Below the pieces are notes generated by a model. The model saw nothing but the letters and a program-made list of their open reading frames with translations. It was not told the DNA's origin and did not search any database. A program made the translations under genes and the position numbers. 64,000 nucleotides of DNA from Hyphomicrobiaceae bacterium (GTDB lineage: Bacteria; Pseudomonadota; Alphaproteobacteria; Rhizobiales; Hyphomicrobiaceae), in NCBI GenBank assembly GCA_031367715.1, contig JANLQJ010000405.1, positions 19,669-83,668 on the forward strand, read 5' to 3'. Below are positions 37,417-46,594 of this stretch, in pieces; position 1 is the stretch's first letter; each line of letters opens with the position of its first letter.

Positions 37417-37600
37417 GCGCAAGCAACGGGCTGCGCGTCAGGCGGCCAGCTATGCTCCCGCCTGACAGCTCATTTCCAAGGCAAGCAGCTGATCATGAGC
37501 GGCTTCGGGATGGCTATCGATCCGATGCAGCGTTGCCGTTGAATGGCCGGGTCAAGTCGCGCCACGGCGTTGGTGGGTGCCGAACGTTTGATTGGCACGC

Positions 37601-38305
37601 CTAAGCCGAGCGCGCGCCCAGCACATTGTGCTTACGCTTGATCAGCTCCTTGGCCGTTTCCACAGCAACAGCGGCATCGCGGCAATAAGCGTCGGCCCCA
37701 ACCGCCTTGCCGAATTCCTCATTCAAGGGTGCGCCACCGACCATCACGATCAGCTGGTCGCGGATGCCCTTGGCTTTCAGCGTGTCCACCACCACCTTCA
37801 TATACGGCATGGTGGTGGTCAGCAGCGCCGACATGCCGAGGATGTCCGGCTTGTGCTCTTCGATGGCGGCCAGGTACTTTTCGACCGGATTGTTGATGCC
37901 GAGGTCGATGACTTCGAAGCCGGCGCCTTCCATCATCATGCCGACCAGGTTCTTGCCAATGTCGTGGATGTCGCCCTTGACGGTGCCGACCACCATCTTG
38001 CCCTGTTTTGGCGCGCCGGTGGCGATCAACAGCGGGCGCAGAATGAACATGCCCGCCTTCATGGCGTTGGCGCTCAGCAGCACCTCGGGAACGAACAGAA
38101 TGCCGTCGCGGAAATCCTCGCCGACGATGCGCATGCCCTCGACCAGCGCCTTGGTCAGAACCTCATAAGGGGTCCATTCGCGCTTGAGCAGAATGTGCAC
38201 GCCATCCTCGATCTCCGACTTCAGGCCGTCATAGAGATCGTCGTGCATCTGCTTGACGAGGTCGGCGTCGCTCAGATTGTCGAGAACGATTTCGTCATCG
38301 GCCAT
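37601..38305 (-). CDS. Stand-alone corrinoid (B12-binding domain) protein
   Basis: B12-binding cap plus Rossmann domain: GTVKGDIHDIGKNLV (DxHxxG), MSALLTTT, VMVGGAPL. Confidence 0.8.
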   Translation of the reverse strand: MADDEIVLDNLSDADLVKQMHDDLYDGLKSEIEDGVHILLKREWTPYEVLTKALVEGMRIVGEDFRDGILFVPEVLLSANAMKAGMFILRPLLIATGAPKQGKMVVGTVKGDIHDIGKNLVGMMMEGAGFEVIDLGINNPVEKYLAAIEEHKPDILGMSALLTTTMPYMKVVVDTLKAKGIRDQLIVMVGGAPLNEEFGKAVGADAYCRDAAVAVETAKELIKRKHNVLGARSA

Positions 38306-38432
38306 GTGTCAGCTCCCGGGCGCGCAGTCATACGCTGCGGGCTATGCCTTAGCGCTGGCGGTGGTGTCAAGGCGCGGCTGGTTGCGACGCTGGCGCGGGT
38401 CGCTTGCGACGATGCTGCATATTTCCGTCCGG

Positions 38433-40229
38433 TCAGCGCGCTGGCTTGCCGCGCCGGCCGCCGGCTCGCCCCTTCAGCTGCCAGATCTCAGCCATCCGGC
38501 GCAGCAGATCGGCATCGCGTGCGCGTATTTCTTCGGCCCGCCAATGGCGCTGCCGCATGATCTGGTTGGTGATCGCATGCGGCGATGTGTTGCCATCGGC
38601 AAAGAACACCCCCTGCTTGACCTCAAAGGCGTGATTGCGCGCCTCCTTGTTCTGCTGCTTGGTGACCAGCACGAGATTGCCGAGCAGCTTTGAGCAGGCC
38701 TCGCGCTCCTCGGCATTGGGGATTTGCAGCCTCCAGGGACTGTCGGCCGCTAGATTACGAGGCAGCACATGCTCGACCGAAACATCGGTCAGCGAGGTCA
38801 TCGGCGCGTCACCCGGATAGCTGGCGCTGAGGCGCTTGAGCAGAATTTTGCATGTCGATTGGCTGCGCTGATAAAGGTTGCTGCTGGCATTGAGCAGCAC
38901 ATTCCATTGCTCCTCGTCGCTGAGCGCCAATTGGAGCGTTAAACCGTCCTCGGACATGCCGGAGTTCATAGCCTCGATCACGGCTCGATAACGGGTGACG
39001 CGACGGTCGGCGCCAAAGCCCATGATCTGCATCCCGTAGGCAAGCCGATCCAGTGCCTCCAGGAAGGCCGCGAAGTCCTCGTTGCGTCCGGGAAAGCGGT
39101 CGACAAAGGCCAAAGCCGGCGGCACCCAATCACGCGCGCGCAGCCAGTTGAGAAAGCCAAGCGAGCGATTGATGCGGGCCGATTGCGGCGAGCCGGCATG
39201 CGAAGCATTCAAGATCGGCAGCAGCTGATCGGCGAGCGGAAACAGCAAAGTATCGAGAAATGTCGAGGCGCCACCCTTGCGTTGGCTCAATTCCAGCACG
39301 TCGCGAATGTTCGAGCCATTGGCCCTGCCGTGGACCGTGCGCAAATAGCCCGGCAAATCTTCGAAATCGCCGCCCAACATGCGCTCGGCAACGCGCCATT
39401 GTTCCAGTCGCTGTTCGCGCTTGTCGTCGGGCACGTCAGCCATCAGCTCGGCCTTCAAAATGTCGGTCGCCGACAGCGGCTTGCCACGGTGATTGGTGGT
39501 GACAAAGATGCGAAAGCCGGTTTCGATGTCCGGGGCCGAGATCAGCACCAGCGCCACCTGGTTGCGCAAGTGGTGGGCAAGCGCCAGCAGATCTTGCTGA
39601 CTGCGCCCTTCAAAGTCGTCGACAATCGCTTGCTGGCATTCGCGAATACCGCGGCGTCCCTTGTTTTCGCCGTCGGGCTCTAGAGGATCTAGGCTGGCAC
39701 CCGGGCGGCGCGCCTGGACGCCGAAATAGGCATCCTCTTCGAGATCGAGCTGCAGTCTCGGCACCCACCTATCGGCATGGTCCGCCGCGCCGCTGCACCA
39801 GATGAGATCGCTGATCCAAGCCGCGTCGTCTCCGAGCACATCGCGTAAGGCCGCCAATAGGATTGTCAACGTTGTCAACCGCTGTTTGCCATCGATCACC
39901 CAGGCGGCAGGCGATTGGTCCACCGCCGCGGCAGACTTGCCTGCGACACGACTACTGCCATCGAACACGACAATGCTGCCGAGCAGCAGCTCACCACGAG
40001 CGCCAGCAGCAAGCTGCGACTCGCGTAGGCTTTGCCAAAGATCGGACGTCAATTGACCGACCTCGCGCGAGGTCCACGAATAGCCACGCTGGAATACGGG
40101 GATGGCGAAGCGCCGATCGCCAGACAGCAGGCTGCCGAGGCTGAGCGCCTCGGCCTTGAATGCCAATGCCATGAGGAAATTGTCCTGGGAACGTGCAATC
40201 GTGTCGGCGCGGTCCACACTTTTCGGCAT
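38433..40229 (-). CDS. DUF262/DUF1524 (GmrSD-like) putative type IV restriction/defence nuclease
   Basis: Start trimmed to ATG 40229. N-terminal FAIPVFQRGYSW and VIDGKQRLTTLTILL (DUF262). C-terminal SVEHVLPRN...LLGNLVLVTKQQNKEARN (DUF1524 His-Me finger). Confidence 0.75.
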   Translation of the reverse strand: MPKSVDRADTIARSQDNFLMALAFKAEALSLGSLLSGDRRFAIPVFQRGYSWTSREVGQLTSDLWQSLRESQLAAGARGELLLGSIVVFDGSSRVAGKSAAAVDQSPAAWVIDGKQRLTTLTILLAALRDVLGDDAAWISDLIWCSGAADHADRWVPRLQLDLEEDAYFGVQARRPGASLDPLEPDGENKGRRGIRECQQAIVDDFEGRSQQDLLALAHHLRNQVALVLISAPDIETGFRIFVTTNHRGKPLSATDILKAELMADVPDDKREQRLEQWRVAERMLGGDFEDLPGYLRTVHGRANGSNIRDVLELSQRKGGASTFLDTLLFPLADQLLPILNASHAGSPQSARINRSLGFLNWLRARDWVPPALAFVDRFPGRNEDFAAFLEALDRLAYGMQIMGFGADRRVTRYRAVIEAMNSGMSEDGLTLQLALSDEEQWNVLLNASSNLYQRSQSTCKILLKRLSASYPGDAPMTSLTDVSVEHVLPRNLAADSPWRLQIPNAEEREACSKLLGNLVLVTKQQNKEARNHAFEVKQGVFFADGNTSPHAITNQIMRQRHWRAEEIRARDADLLRRMAEIWQLKGRAGGRRGKPAR

Positions 40230-40362
40230 GGGGTGCCGCTCAGGTGTTTGACGAAGCCTACCCATTATCTCTATGGAATTATTTCCTGTTTGGGAAGCCA
40301 CGACAAGTTGCAAAATCTGCATACCTGACAACAGGCGATTGCCGCAGTCGTGAGTCAAAGCC

Positions 40363-40746
40363 TTGCCAAGCCAAACACCAGCACGCGATGGGTTCATCTT
40401 CAAGATCTGCGATGCCGATGCTTGGCTGTTGGCCCAAGGCGCGGGCAGCTATACTGGGTCTACGGATGATCAGCGTGATGGATTCATCCACTTTTCCACT
40501 GCGGAGCAGGTGCAAGGCACTTTGACCAAGTATTTTTCGGGCTGCAGCGACCTGGTGCTGCTGGCCGTGCTGACCGCACCGCTTGGAGCCGCCTTGCGCT
40601 TTGAACCGTCGCGAGGTGGCGCGCTGTTTCCGCATCTTCATGGTCCGCTGCCGATTTCGGCTGTGGCCTGGCAGGAGCCACTCAGGATGCGTCCGGACGG
40701 CTCGCATGTCTTGCCGGATCTGGCTGGGCCAGGAGACGCACGGTGA
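40363..40746 (+). CDS. DUF952 domain protein
   Basis: FIFKICDADAW...DGFIHFSTAEQV...FPHLHGPLP. The track start is a TTG, so the start is uncertain. Confidence 0.6.
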   Translation: MPSQTPARDGFIFKICDADAWLLAQGAGSYTGSTDDQRDGFIHFSTAEQVQGTLTKYFSGCSDLVLLAVLTAPLGAALRFEPSRGGALFPHLHGPLPISAVAWQEPLRMRPDGSHVLPDLAGPGDAR

Positions 40747-41831
40747 TTGATCCGTTGTATGCGCTGGCGCGTCCCGGCCTGTTTGCGATCGACCCGGAGC
40801 GAGCGCACGAACTGGCCTTGCGGGCTTTGGAGCTTGGGCTGGCGCGGCGCGTCAACCCGGCGTTCGACGCATCACTCTTGGTGCAGGCCTTCGGCCTCGA
40901 TTTCCCCAACCCGCTGGGACTGGCCGCCGGCTTCGACAAGGATGCGCGCGTGCCCGATGCCATGCTCGGGCTGGGTTTCGGCCATGTCGAGATCGGCTCG
41001 GTGACGCCGCTGCGCCAAGCGGGCAACCCACGGCCGCGGTTGTTCCGGTTGCCTCAAGACAGAGCGATCATCAACCGCATGGGGTTCAACAGCGCCGGCC
41101 ATGAGCTGGTAGCGCGGCGCTTGGCGGCACGCGCGGGCACAGGCATCGTCAGTGTCAATCTGGGGGCCAACAAGGCCAGCCCCGACAAGACGCGGGACTT
41201 CGTTTCCGGCTTAACGCAGCTTGGCCCGTTTGCCAGCTTTGTCACGATCAACGTCTCGTCGCCGAACACGCCAGGGCTACGCGATCTGCAGCTGCCGGAC
41301 GCATTGTCTGCGCTGCTTGAACAGCTCATGTCTGCGCGCGCGAGATTGGCGACGGACAGCGAGCGCAAACCGCCATTGATCGTCAAACTGGCGCCTGACA
41401 TCGCCGCGGACGACCTGGGCGAGATTGTTGCACGGCTGCTGGCCGCGAAGGTCGATGGTATCGCGATTTCCAACACAACTGTCGCCCGCGACGGTCTGGT
41501 CGACCAACGCTCCGCTGGCGAAAGCGGCGGCCTGTCGGGCCGGCCGCTGTTTGCCCGCTCGACGCAGATGCTGGCTCGCGTGTATCTGTTGACACAAGGC
41601 CGCGTACCCCTGATCGGCATCGGCGGCATCGATTCAGGAACAACGGCGCTAGCCAAGATCGCTGCAGGGGCGAGCCTGCTGCAGCTCTATTCGGCGCTGA
41701 TCTACGAAGGGCCGGGCTTGGTGCAGCGCATCAATCGGCATCTCGCGACCGAGCTGAAACAGCGCGGACTGACGTCCATCGCACAGTTGCGCGGACTGGA
41801 CGCGGAGCGCTGGGCAACTGAGGCATCGTAG
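40743..41831 (+). CDS. pyrD: Dihydroorotate dehydrogenase (quinone), class 2
   Basis: FPNPLGLAAGFDK, NRMGFNSAG, NVSSPNTPGLRDLQ, IGIGGI. Confidence 0.9.
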   Translation: MIDPLYALARPGLFAIDPERAHELALRALELGLARRVNPAFDASLLVQAFGLDFPNPLGLAAGFDKDARVPDAMLGLGFGHVEIGSVTPLRQAGNPRPRLFRLPQDRAIINRMGFNSAGHELVARRLAARAGTGIVSVNLGANKASPDKTRDFVSGLTQLGPFASFVTINVSSPNTPGLRDLQLPDALSALLEQLMSARARLATDSERKPPLIVKLAPDIAADDLGEIVARLLAAKVDGIAISNTTVARDGLVDQRSAGESGGLSGRPLFARSTQMLARVYLLTQGRVPLIGIGGIDSGTTALAKIAAGASLLQLYSALIYEGPGLVQRINRHLATELKQRGLTSIAQLRGLDAERWATEAS

Positions 41832-41895
41832 GGTGCGATACGGCCAAGGGGCCTATTGCCCGCTACACCCGACACTTCACATGGAATTCAAAACA

Positions 41896-42297
41896 TCAGT
41901 CGCCGACCACGTAAAATCCCTTGTCGAGCACGCGCAATACCCGATCCAACTCATGACCGCGCTTGAGGATCAATCCGGTCGCTGCCACCACCGAATAGGG
42001 GCCCTGTTTGCGAGCCAGTCGCGGGTCCTTTTCGACCCGGTAGATCGGCACTTCGCTGGCGCGGCGAAAAATCGAGAACACCGCCCGGTCGCGCAAAAGA
42101 TCGATAGCGTAGTCGCGCCATTCGCCGCTGGCCACCATGCGGCCGTAGAGCCGGAGGATGGTATTTAGCTCTGCGCGGTCGAATCGGACCAGCGTTGTGG
42201 TCGGAACGACCATAATTCCCGAGACACTCTGCGGCGCACCGATAGACGCTTTAAGTCCTTGACGCGGTTGGAATTTTATCGGTTCAGTGTCACTCAA
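41896..42297 (-). CDS. DUF2794 domain protein
   Basis: 133 aa. VRFDRAELNTILRLYGRMVASGEWRDYAID fits DUF2794 (recall). Confidence 0.6.
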   Translation of the reverse strand: MSDTEPIKFQPRQGLKASIGAPQSVSGIMVVPTTTLVRFDRAELNTILRLYGRMVASGEWRDYAIDLLRDRAVFSIFRRASEVPIYRVEKDPRLARKQGPYSVVAATGLILKRGHELDRVLRVLDKGFYVVGD

Positions 42298-42399
42298 GAC
42301 TGCCCTCCCTCCGGCGACTCGACCATTGTAACTTTGTCACAGAGCAAGAAAATTGCAATATCTCTTGCAATTGGTTTGGGACTGTAATATACGTGAAAC

Positions 42400-42655
42400 A
42401 TAGATCACGGAACCAATGTCTTCGGTCCCGCGAGTGTTTGGAACCTCCCCCGGTTCACCATCGCATTCGTAGGATCGTTGGCCCTGGCCCGGCTCGCTTG
42501 CAAGGCTTGGTATCTCAGCCCCCCAGTCCCCCCCGAGTCTTCTCTCCGGCGAGTCGGGCCTCCTTTTCCTTCCCCAAGGAAAAGTGAGGCCAGCAGGAAA
42601 CCGAAAAATCGGCTCTTCCAGAATGCCGGACGCAAGTCTGGCATTTTTTGCTTTT
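42400..42655 (+). ncRNA. Candidate sRNA 1 with C-rich loop motifs (5' end approximate)
   Basis: No credible ORF. Possible -35 TTGCAA (42365-42370) and -10 TATACG (42388-42393). Hairpin GAACC-UCCCCC-GGUUC and C-runs CAGCCCCCCAGUCCCCCCC and CCUCCUUUUCCUUCCCC. Ends at a clear intrinsic terminator. Confidence 0.3.
42623..42655 (+). terminator. Rho-independent terminator
   Basis: ATGCCGGAC-GCAA-GTCTGGCAT forms a 9-bp stem with one G-U pair, followed by TTTTTTGCTTTT. Confidence 0.6.
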
Positions 42656-42699
42656 GGGGCGTCCCTGTGGAGCCGGCCTGTGGACAAATTGCGCGCAAC

Positions 42700-42944
42700 C
42701 CACAATTCCAAATCAGGCCATTATTCCTCCCTCGCCGCGCCCCAATGCCGCTTAGAATGATGATCGTTGCCTCGTTGTCCGGTTCGCCGAGTGTCTTCGG
42801 TAGTCAGCCCCCCAGCCCCCGCCGGGGGCACCACGGCGGACCGGACGAATTCACGGGGTCGACGTCATTCTTTCTACTCTCACTCCCTACACTCTCCATT
42901 TCGTCGCAAAAGGGCCGGCTCACCACCGGCCCTTTCGCTTTGTC
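42700..42944 (+). ncRNA. Candidate sRNA 2, possible paralogue of candidate 1 (5' end approximate)
   Basis: Shares the CAGCCCCCCAGCCCCC block with candidate 1. Also has AUUCCUCCCUC and the hairpin GCCCCC-GCC-GGGGGC. Ends at AAAGGGCCGG-CTCACCA-CCGGCCCTTT plus CGCTTTG. Confidence 0.25.
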
Positions 42945-42958
42945 AGGCGGGATTGGCT

Positions 42959-42987
42959 CTTGATTGCGGGAGTTAGCGCCCATATAT
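42959..42987 (+). promoter_or_regulatory. Sigma-32 (RpoH)-type promoter candidate for htpG
   Basis: CTTGAT (42959-42964), a 14-nt spacer, then CCCATATAT (42979-42987). Compare the heat-shock consensus CTTGAA-N13-15-CCCCATNT. It lies about 55 nt upstream of the htpG ATG. Confidence 0.5.
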
Positions 42988-43041
42988 CGGCGGTACCGTC
43001 CGGCCAGTCGCGCGGCGCCCCATTCATCCAAAGGTTCGCCC

Positions 43042-44925
43042 ATGACGCTTGAGCCGCAGCAGCATGTCTTCCAGGCCGAGGTCGCCCGCATACTCGAGCT
43101 GATGGTCCACTCGGTCTACACCGAGAAGGAAATCTTCCTGCGCGAGCTGATCGCCAATGCCTCCGATGCGCTCGACAAGCTGCGCTATCTCGCCCTGACC
43201 ACACCGAGCCTGACGGCGGGCGATGGCAGCGAGCTCGCCATTTCCATCGAGCCGGACAGCGCCAAGCGCACGCTGCTGATCCGCGACAATGGCATCGGCA
43301 TGGGTGCCGATGAGATGATCGAAAATCTCGGCACCATCGCGCGCTCCGGCACCAAGGCGTTTCTCGACCAGGTCGCCGCCGACAAGGCGGGCGGCAATCT
43401 GATCGGCCAGTTCGGCGTCGGCTTCTATTCGGCCTTCATGGTCGCGGCCAAAGTAGAGGTGGTCAGCCGCAAGGCCGGCACCGCCGAAGCCAATCGCTGG
43501 ACCTCGACCGGCGGCGGCGGATTCAGCATTGAAGCCATCGCAGCGGACGAGGCCGCAACCACCCCGCGCGGCACCAGCGTCATCCTGCACATGAAGGAGG
43601 ACGCGTCGGACTTTCTAGAACAGAGCCGGATCGAAGATATCGTTCGCTCCTATTCCGACCACATCCTGTTTCCCATCCGCCTGATCGACGTCCAGCCAGC
43701 CGAGGGCGAGGACGCGGCGCGCCAGATCAACAGCGCCAGCGCGCTCTGGAGCAAACCGAAAACCGAGATCACGCCCGAGCAGTACAAGGAGTTCTACCAG
43801 GGCTCCTCGCTGCAGTTCGATGACCCCGCGGTGACCATCCACTACCGCGCCGAGGGCCGCCACGAATACACCGTGCTGCTGTTCGTACCCGGCAGCCGGC
43901 CGTTCGACTTGTTCGACGTGCACCGCAAGGGACGTATCCGTCTTTATGTGCGTCGTGTTTTCATCACCGATGACGCCGATCTGCTGCCGTCCTATTTGCG
44001 CTTTGTGCGTGGCGTGGTCGACAGTGCCGACATGCCGCTGAACATCTCGCGCGAAATGCTGCAGAACAATCCGATGGTCGCGGCCATCCGCAAGGCGCTG
44101 ACCAATCGGGTGCTGTCGGAACTGAAGACGCTCGCAGAAAAGGACGCCGACGGCTATGCCAAACTGTGGGAGAATTTCGGCGCGGTGCTGAAGGAAGGTC
44201 TCTATGAGGACCACGAGCGGCGCGACGCGCTTTACCAGCTGGTGCGCTTTGCCTCGACGGCGGACGGTGGCAAGCCGCGCTCGCTGCAGGACTATACCGG
44301 CGCGTTGAAACCGAACCAGACCGAAATCTACTATCTCACCGGCGACTCGCTGGAGCGGCTGAAGGCGAGTCCACACTTGGAGGGCTTCCGCGCCCGCGGT
44401 GTCGAGGTGCTGCTGCTGGCCGATCCGGTCGACAACTTCTGGGTCATGACGGCGCTCGGCTACGAGGGCAAGCCGTTCCGCTCGGTGACGCAGGGCGATG
44501 CCAAGCTGGAGGCTATTGCGCTTCCCGATGGCGCCAAGGCGCCGGCCGCGGCTTCGGCAAAATCCGTGCTGCTGGTCGAAGCCATGAAACGGGTCTATGG
44601 TTCGGCGGTTTCCGACGTCAAGATATCGAGCCGATTGATCGACAGTCCAGCTTGTCTGGTTGCCTCCACCATGGGGCCGGATCGCGGTATGGACAAGATC
44701 ATGTCCAAGCAGGGCGGACGTACCACGACCGCGCCGGTACTGGAGATCAATGCCGGCCACAAGCTGGTGGAAAATCTGGATAGATCACGCAGCGGCGACA
44801 AAGCGTCGTTTGACGACTTGGCTTGGCTGCTCCTAGATCAGGCACGCATCCTGGAAGGCGGGGCACCCGAGGATCCGGCCAAATTCGCCGAACGCATGAA
44901 CCGCGTTTTGCTCGCAAACCCTTGA
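43042..44925 (+). CDS. htpG: Molecular chaperone HtpG (Hsp90)
   Basis: Start trimmed to ATG 43042. ELIANASDALDKLRY, GQFGVGFYSAFMV. 627 aa. Confidence 0.95.
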   Translation: MTLEPQQHVFQAEVARILELMVHSVYTEKEIFLRELIANASDALDKLRYLALTTPSLTAGDGSELAISIEPDSAKRTLLIRDNGIGMGADEMIENLGTIARSGTKAFLDQVAADKAGGNLIGQFGVGFYSAFMVAAKVEVVSRKAGTAEANRWTSTGGGGFSIEAIAADEAATTPRGTSVILHMKEDASDFLEQSRIEDIVRSYSDHILFPIRLIDVQPAEGEDAARQINSASALWSKPKTEITPEQYKEFYQGSSLQFDDPAVTIHYRAEGRHEYTVLLFVPGSRPFDLFDVHRKGRIRLYVRRVFITDDADLLPSYLRFVRGVVDSADMPLNISREMLQNNPMVAAIRKALTNRVLSELKTLAEKDADGYAKLWENFGAVLKEGLYEDHERRDALYQLVRFASTADGGKPRSLQDYTGALKPNQTEIYYLTGDSLERLKASPHLEGFRARGVEVLLLADPVDNFWVMTALGYEGKPFRSVTQGDAKLEAIALPDGAKAPAAASAKSVLLVEAMKRVYGSAVSDVKISSRLIDSPACLVASTMGPDRGMDKIMSKQGGRTTTAPVLEINAGHKLVENLDRSRSGDKASFDDLAWLLLDQARILEGGAPEDPAKFAERMNRVLLANP

Positions 44926-44973
44926 CGCGCCCAAGCGCACCCGACGGCCGGCTTTCAGCAAAGGAGTCGCCGG

Positions 44974-45582
44974 GTGCATGCGAGAACATTTTGGCGCCAG
45001 CAAAAAAGCAAAGGTATGGGTCTGTTGCGTACAACCTATCTCGAATGCCTCGGGCCACCCAAAGGGCCGGCGATGAAACCGCCGGTGCCCGGGCTTGCCG
45101 TGTCGACGTCAACGTTGTCGGTTGACGACTACCTCGACCTGTTCCAGGCGGTCGGCGGGCCGCTGGGCTGGGACGGCCGCAGCAAAATGAGCCGCAAGGA
45201 CCTGGCAGCCTTCCTGGACCGGCCGACCACCGACGTCTTCGTGTTGACGGCAAATGGCATTCGCGCCGGCTTTTGCGAACTTGGCCGCGCCCGGCCGCCC
45301 GACAGCGAAGTGGTCTATTTCGGGCTCATTCCGTCGATGCAGGGCAAGCGTCTGGGACCCTATCTGCTGGATACGGCACTACGAGCCCATTGGCGCGAGC
45401 ATGCACCTGACCGGATCTGGCTGCATACGGATGTCTTGGATAGTGCGAGCGCCGTCGATACCTACAAGCGCGCCGGCTTCCGCGTCTTTGCCGAGCGCTT
45501 CATCGACGAAGAGGCCGAGGACGACGACTACATCGCCGCGCTCAAGACGATGCCGCCAGCCCTGCCGCCAACACGAGTGTGA
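44974..45582 (+). CDS. GNAT-family N-acetyltransferase
   Basis: IPSMQGKRLGPYLL (acetyl-CoA loop) and AVDTYKRAGF. Alternative start at 45016. Confidence 0.7.
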   Translation: MHARTFWRQQKSKGMGLLRTTYLECLGPPKGPAMKPPVPGLAVSTSTLSVDDYLDLFQAVGGPLGWDGRSKMSRKDLAAFLDRPTTDVFVLTANGIRAGFCELGRARPPDSEVVYFGLIPSMQGKRLGPYLLDTALRAHWREHAPDRIWLHTDVLDSASAVDTYKRAGFRVFAERFIDEEAEDDDYIAALKTMPPALPPTRV

Positions 45583-45826
45583 CGTCTCATGCTACCTTTG
45601 TGGTCCGGCCAAGTGCTGTCTTGGTTTGGTAGTGGCGGGCGCGCGCAAACCGAACTGGCGCTGCGTTGAAACGCTTGGCGCCTGCGTTATCCACAGCTTT
45701 TCAACAGTTCGCCCTTGCCGCGGCCCATGCGAATCAGCTCAGCCTATTGGCTGCTCGGCGCCCTCCGGTTCGCGCCTTGGTGTTTGCGTTGATGTGAACC
45801 CACGCAACACTCGGAGGCTCCGCGCC

Positions 45827-46594
45827 ATGGCCAATTTCGCGACCCATCTTGCCGTCGGCATCATCGGCAGCGGCGCGCTCGCGACGCTCACCCAGGCGTC
45901 CGGCATGGTGCCACAGAGCGACATCGTCACGCTGGCCTGCGCCGGTGCGGTCGGCGCCATCTTACCCGACATCGATCTTGGCAGTTCGCGCCCATCGCAG
46001 CTGCTGTTCACGGGGCTCGGCATCGTCATCGCCTTCGCCGTCATGTTCAATGTCGGCGCCCGCTACTCGATTGCCGAAATGTGGCTGCTTTGGACCGCAA
46101 CTTTCCTTGGCATCCGCTTCGTTGGCCACAACATCTTCCACCACATCTCGCATCACCGCGGTATCTTCCACTCGCTGATCGCCGGGCTGTTCTTTGCTTG
46201 CCTCACCGCAATCTTCTATGTGCGCGGGCTTGGTCACGGACCGGGGCTGGCTTGGCTCGCGGGCTCATTCGTGCTGCTCGGCTTTCTCTCGCATCTGCTG
46301 CTGGACGAGATCTACAGCGTCGATGTCTTCAACAATAAGATCAAGGCGTCTTTCGGCTCAGCCTTGAAGCTGGCCGATTTCCAGCATCCGGGCGCCTCGC
46401 TGGCCATGGCGGCGGCACTGGCGCTGGTGTTCTGGTTCGCGCCGCCGACCCACGATTTCCTCGATGTGGTACTGAAGAAGCCGTTGTGGATTGCGTTCCA
46501 GGATCACCTGCTGCCGCATGACCAGAACTGGTTTGGCGTCACCGCCAACCTGCAGGACGCGGTCGTCGGCTGGCTCGGCAAACGCGGCGGCTGA
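45827..46594 (+). CDS. YdjM/DUF457-family membrane-bound metal-dependent hydrolase
   Basis: Start trimmed to ATG 45827 (GGAGG at 45814). MANFATHLAVGIIGSG...LPDIDL...HRGIFHS. The upstream part of track ORF 45254.. is spurious. Confidence 0.7.
   Translation: MANFATHLAVGIIGSGALATLTQASGMVPQSDIVTLACAGAVGAILPDIDLGSSRPSQLLFTGLGIVIAFAVMFNVGARYSIAEMWLLWTATFLGIRFVGHNIFHHISHHRGIFHSLIAGLFFACLTAIFYVRGLGHGPGLAWLAGSFVLLGFLSHLLLDEIYSVDVFNNKIKASFGSALKLADFQHPGASLAMAAALALVFWFAPPTHDFLDVVLKKPLWIAFQDHLLPHDQNWFGVTANLQDAVVGWLGKRGG

Noticed and set aside
38306-38432. Possible cobalamin riboswitch ahead of the corrinoid protein gene
   Set aside because: The leader is only ~127 nt and I see no B12-box-like sequence.
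42337-42976. Several 60-160-aa ORFs on both strands in the htpG upstream gap
   Set aside because: They are Pro/Ser/Gly/Arg low-complexity translations that overlap one another, with no SD or start context. The region is treated as non-coding.
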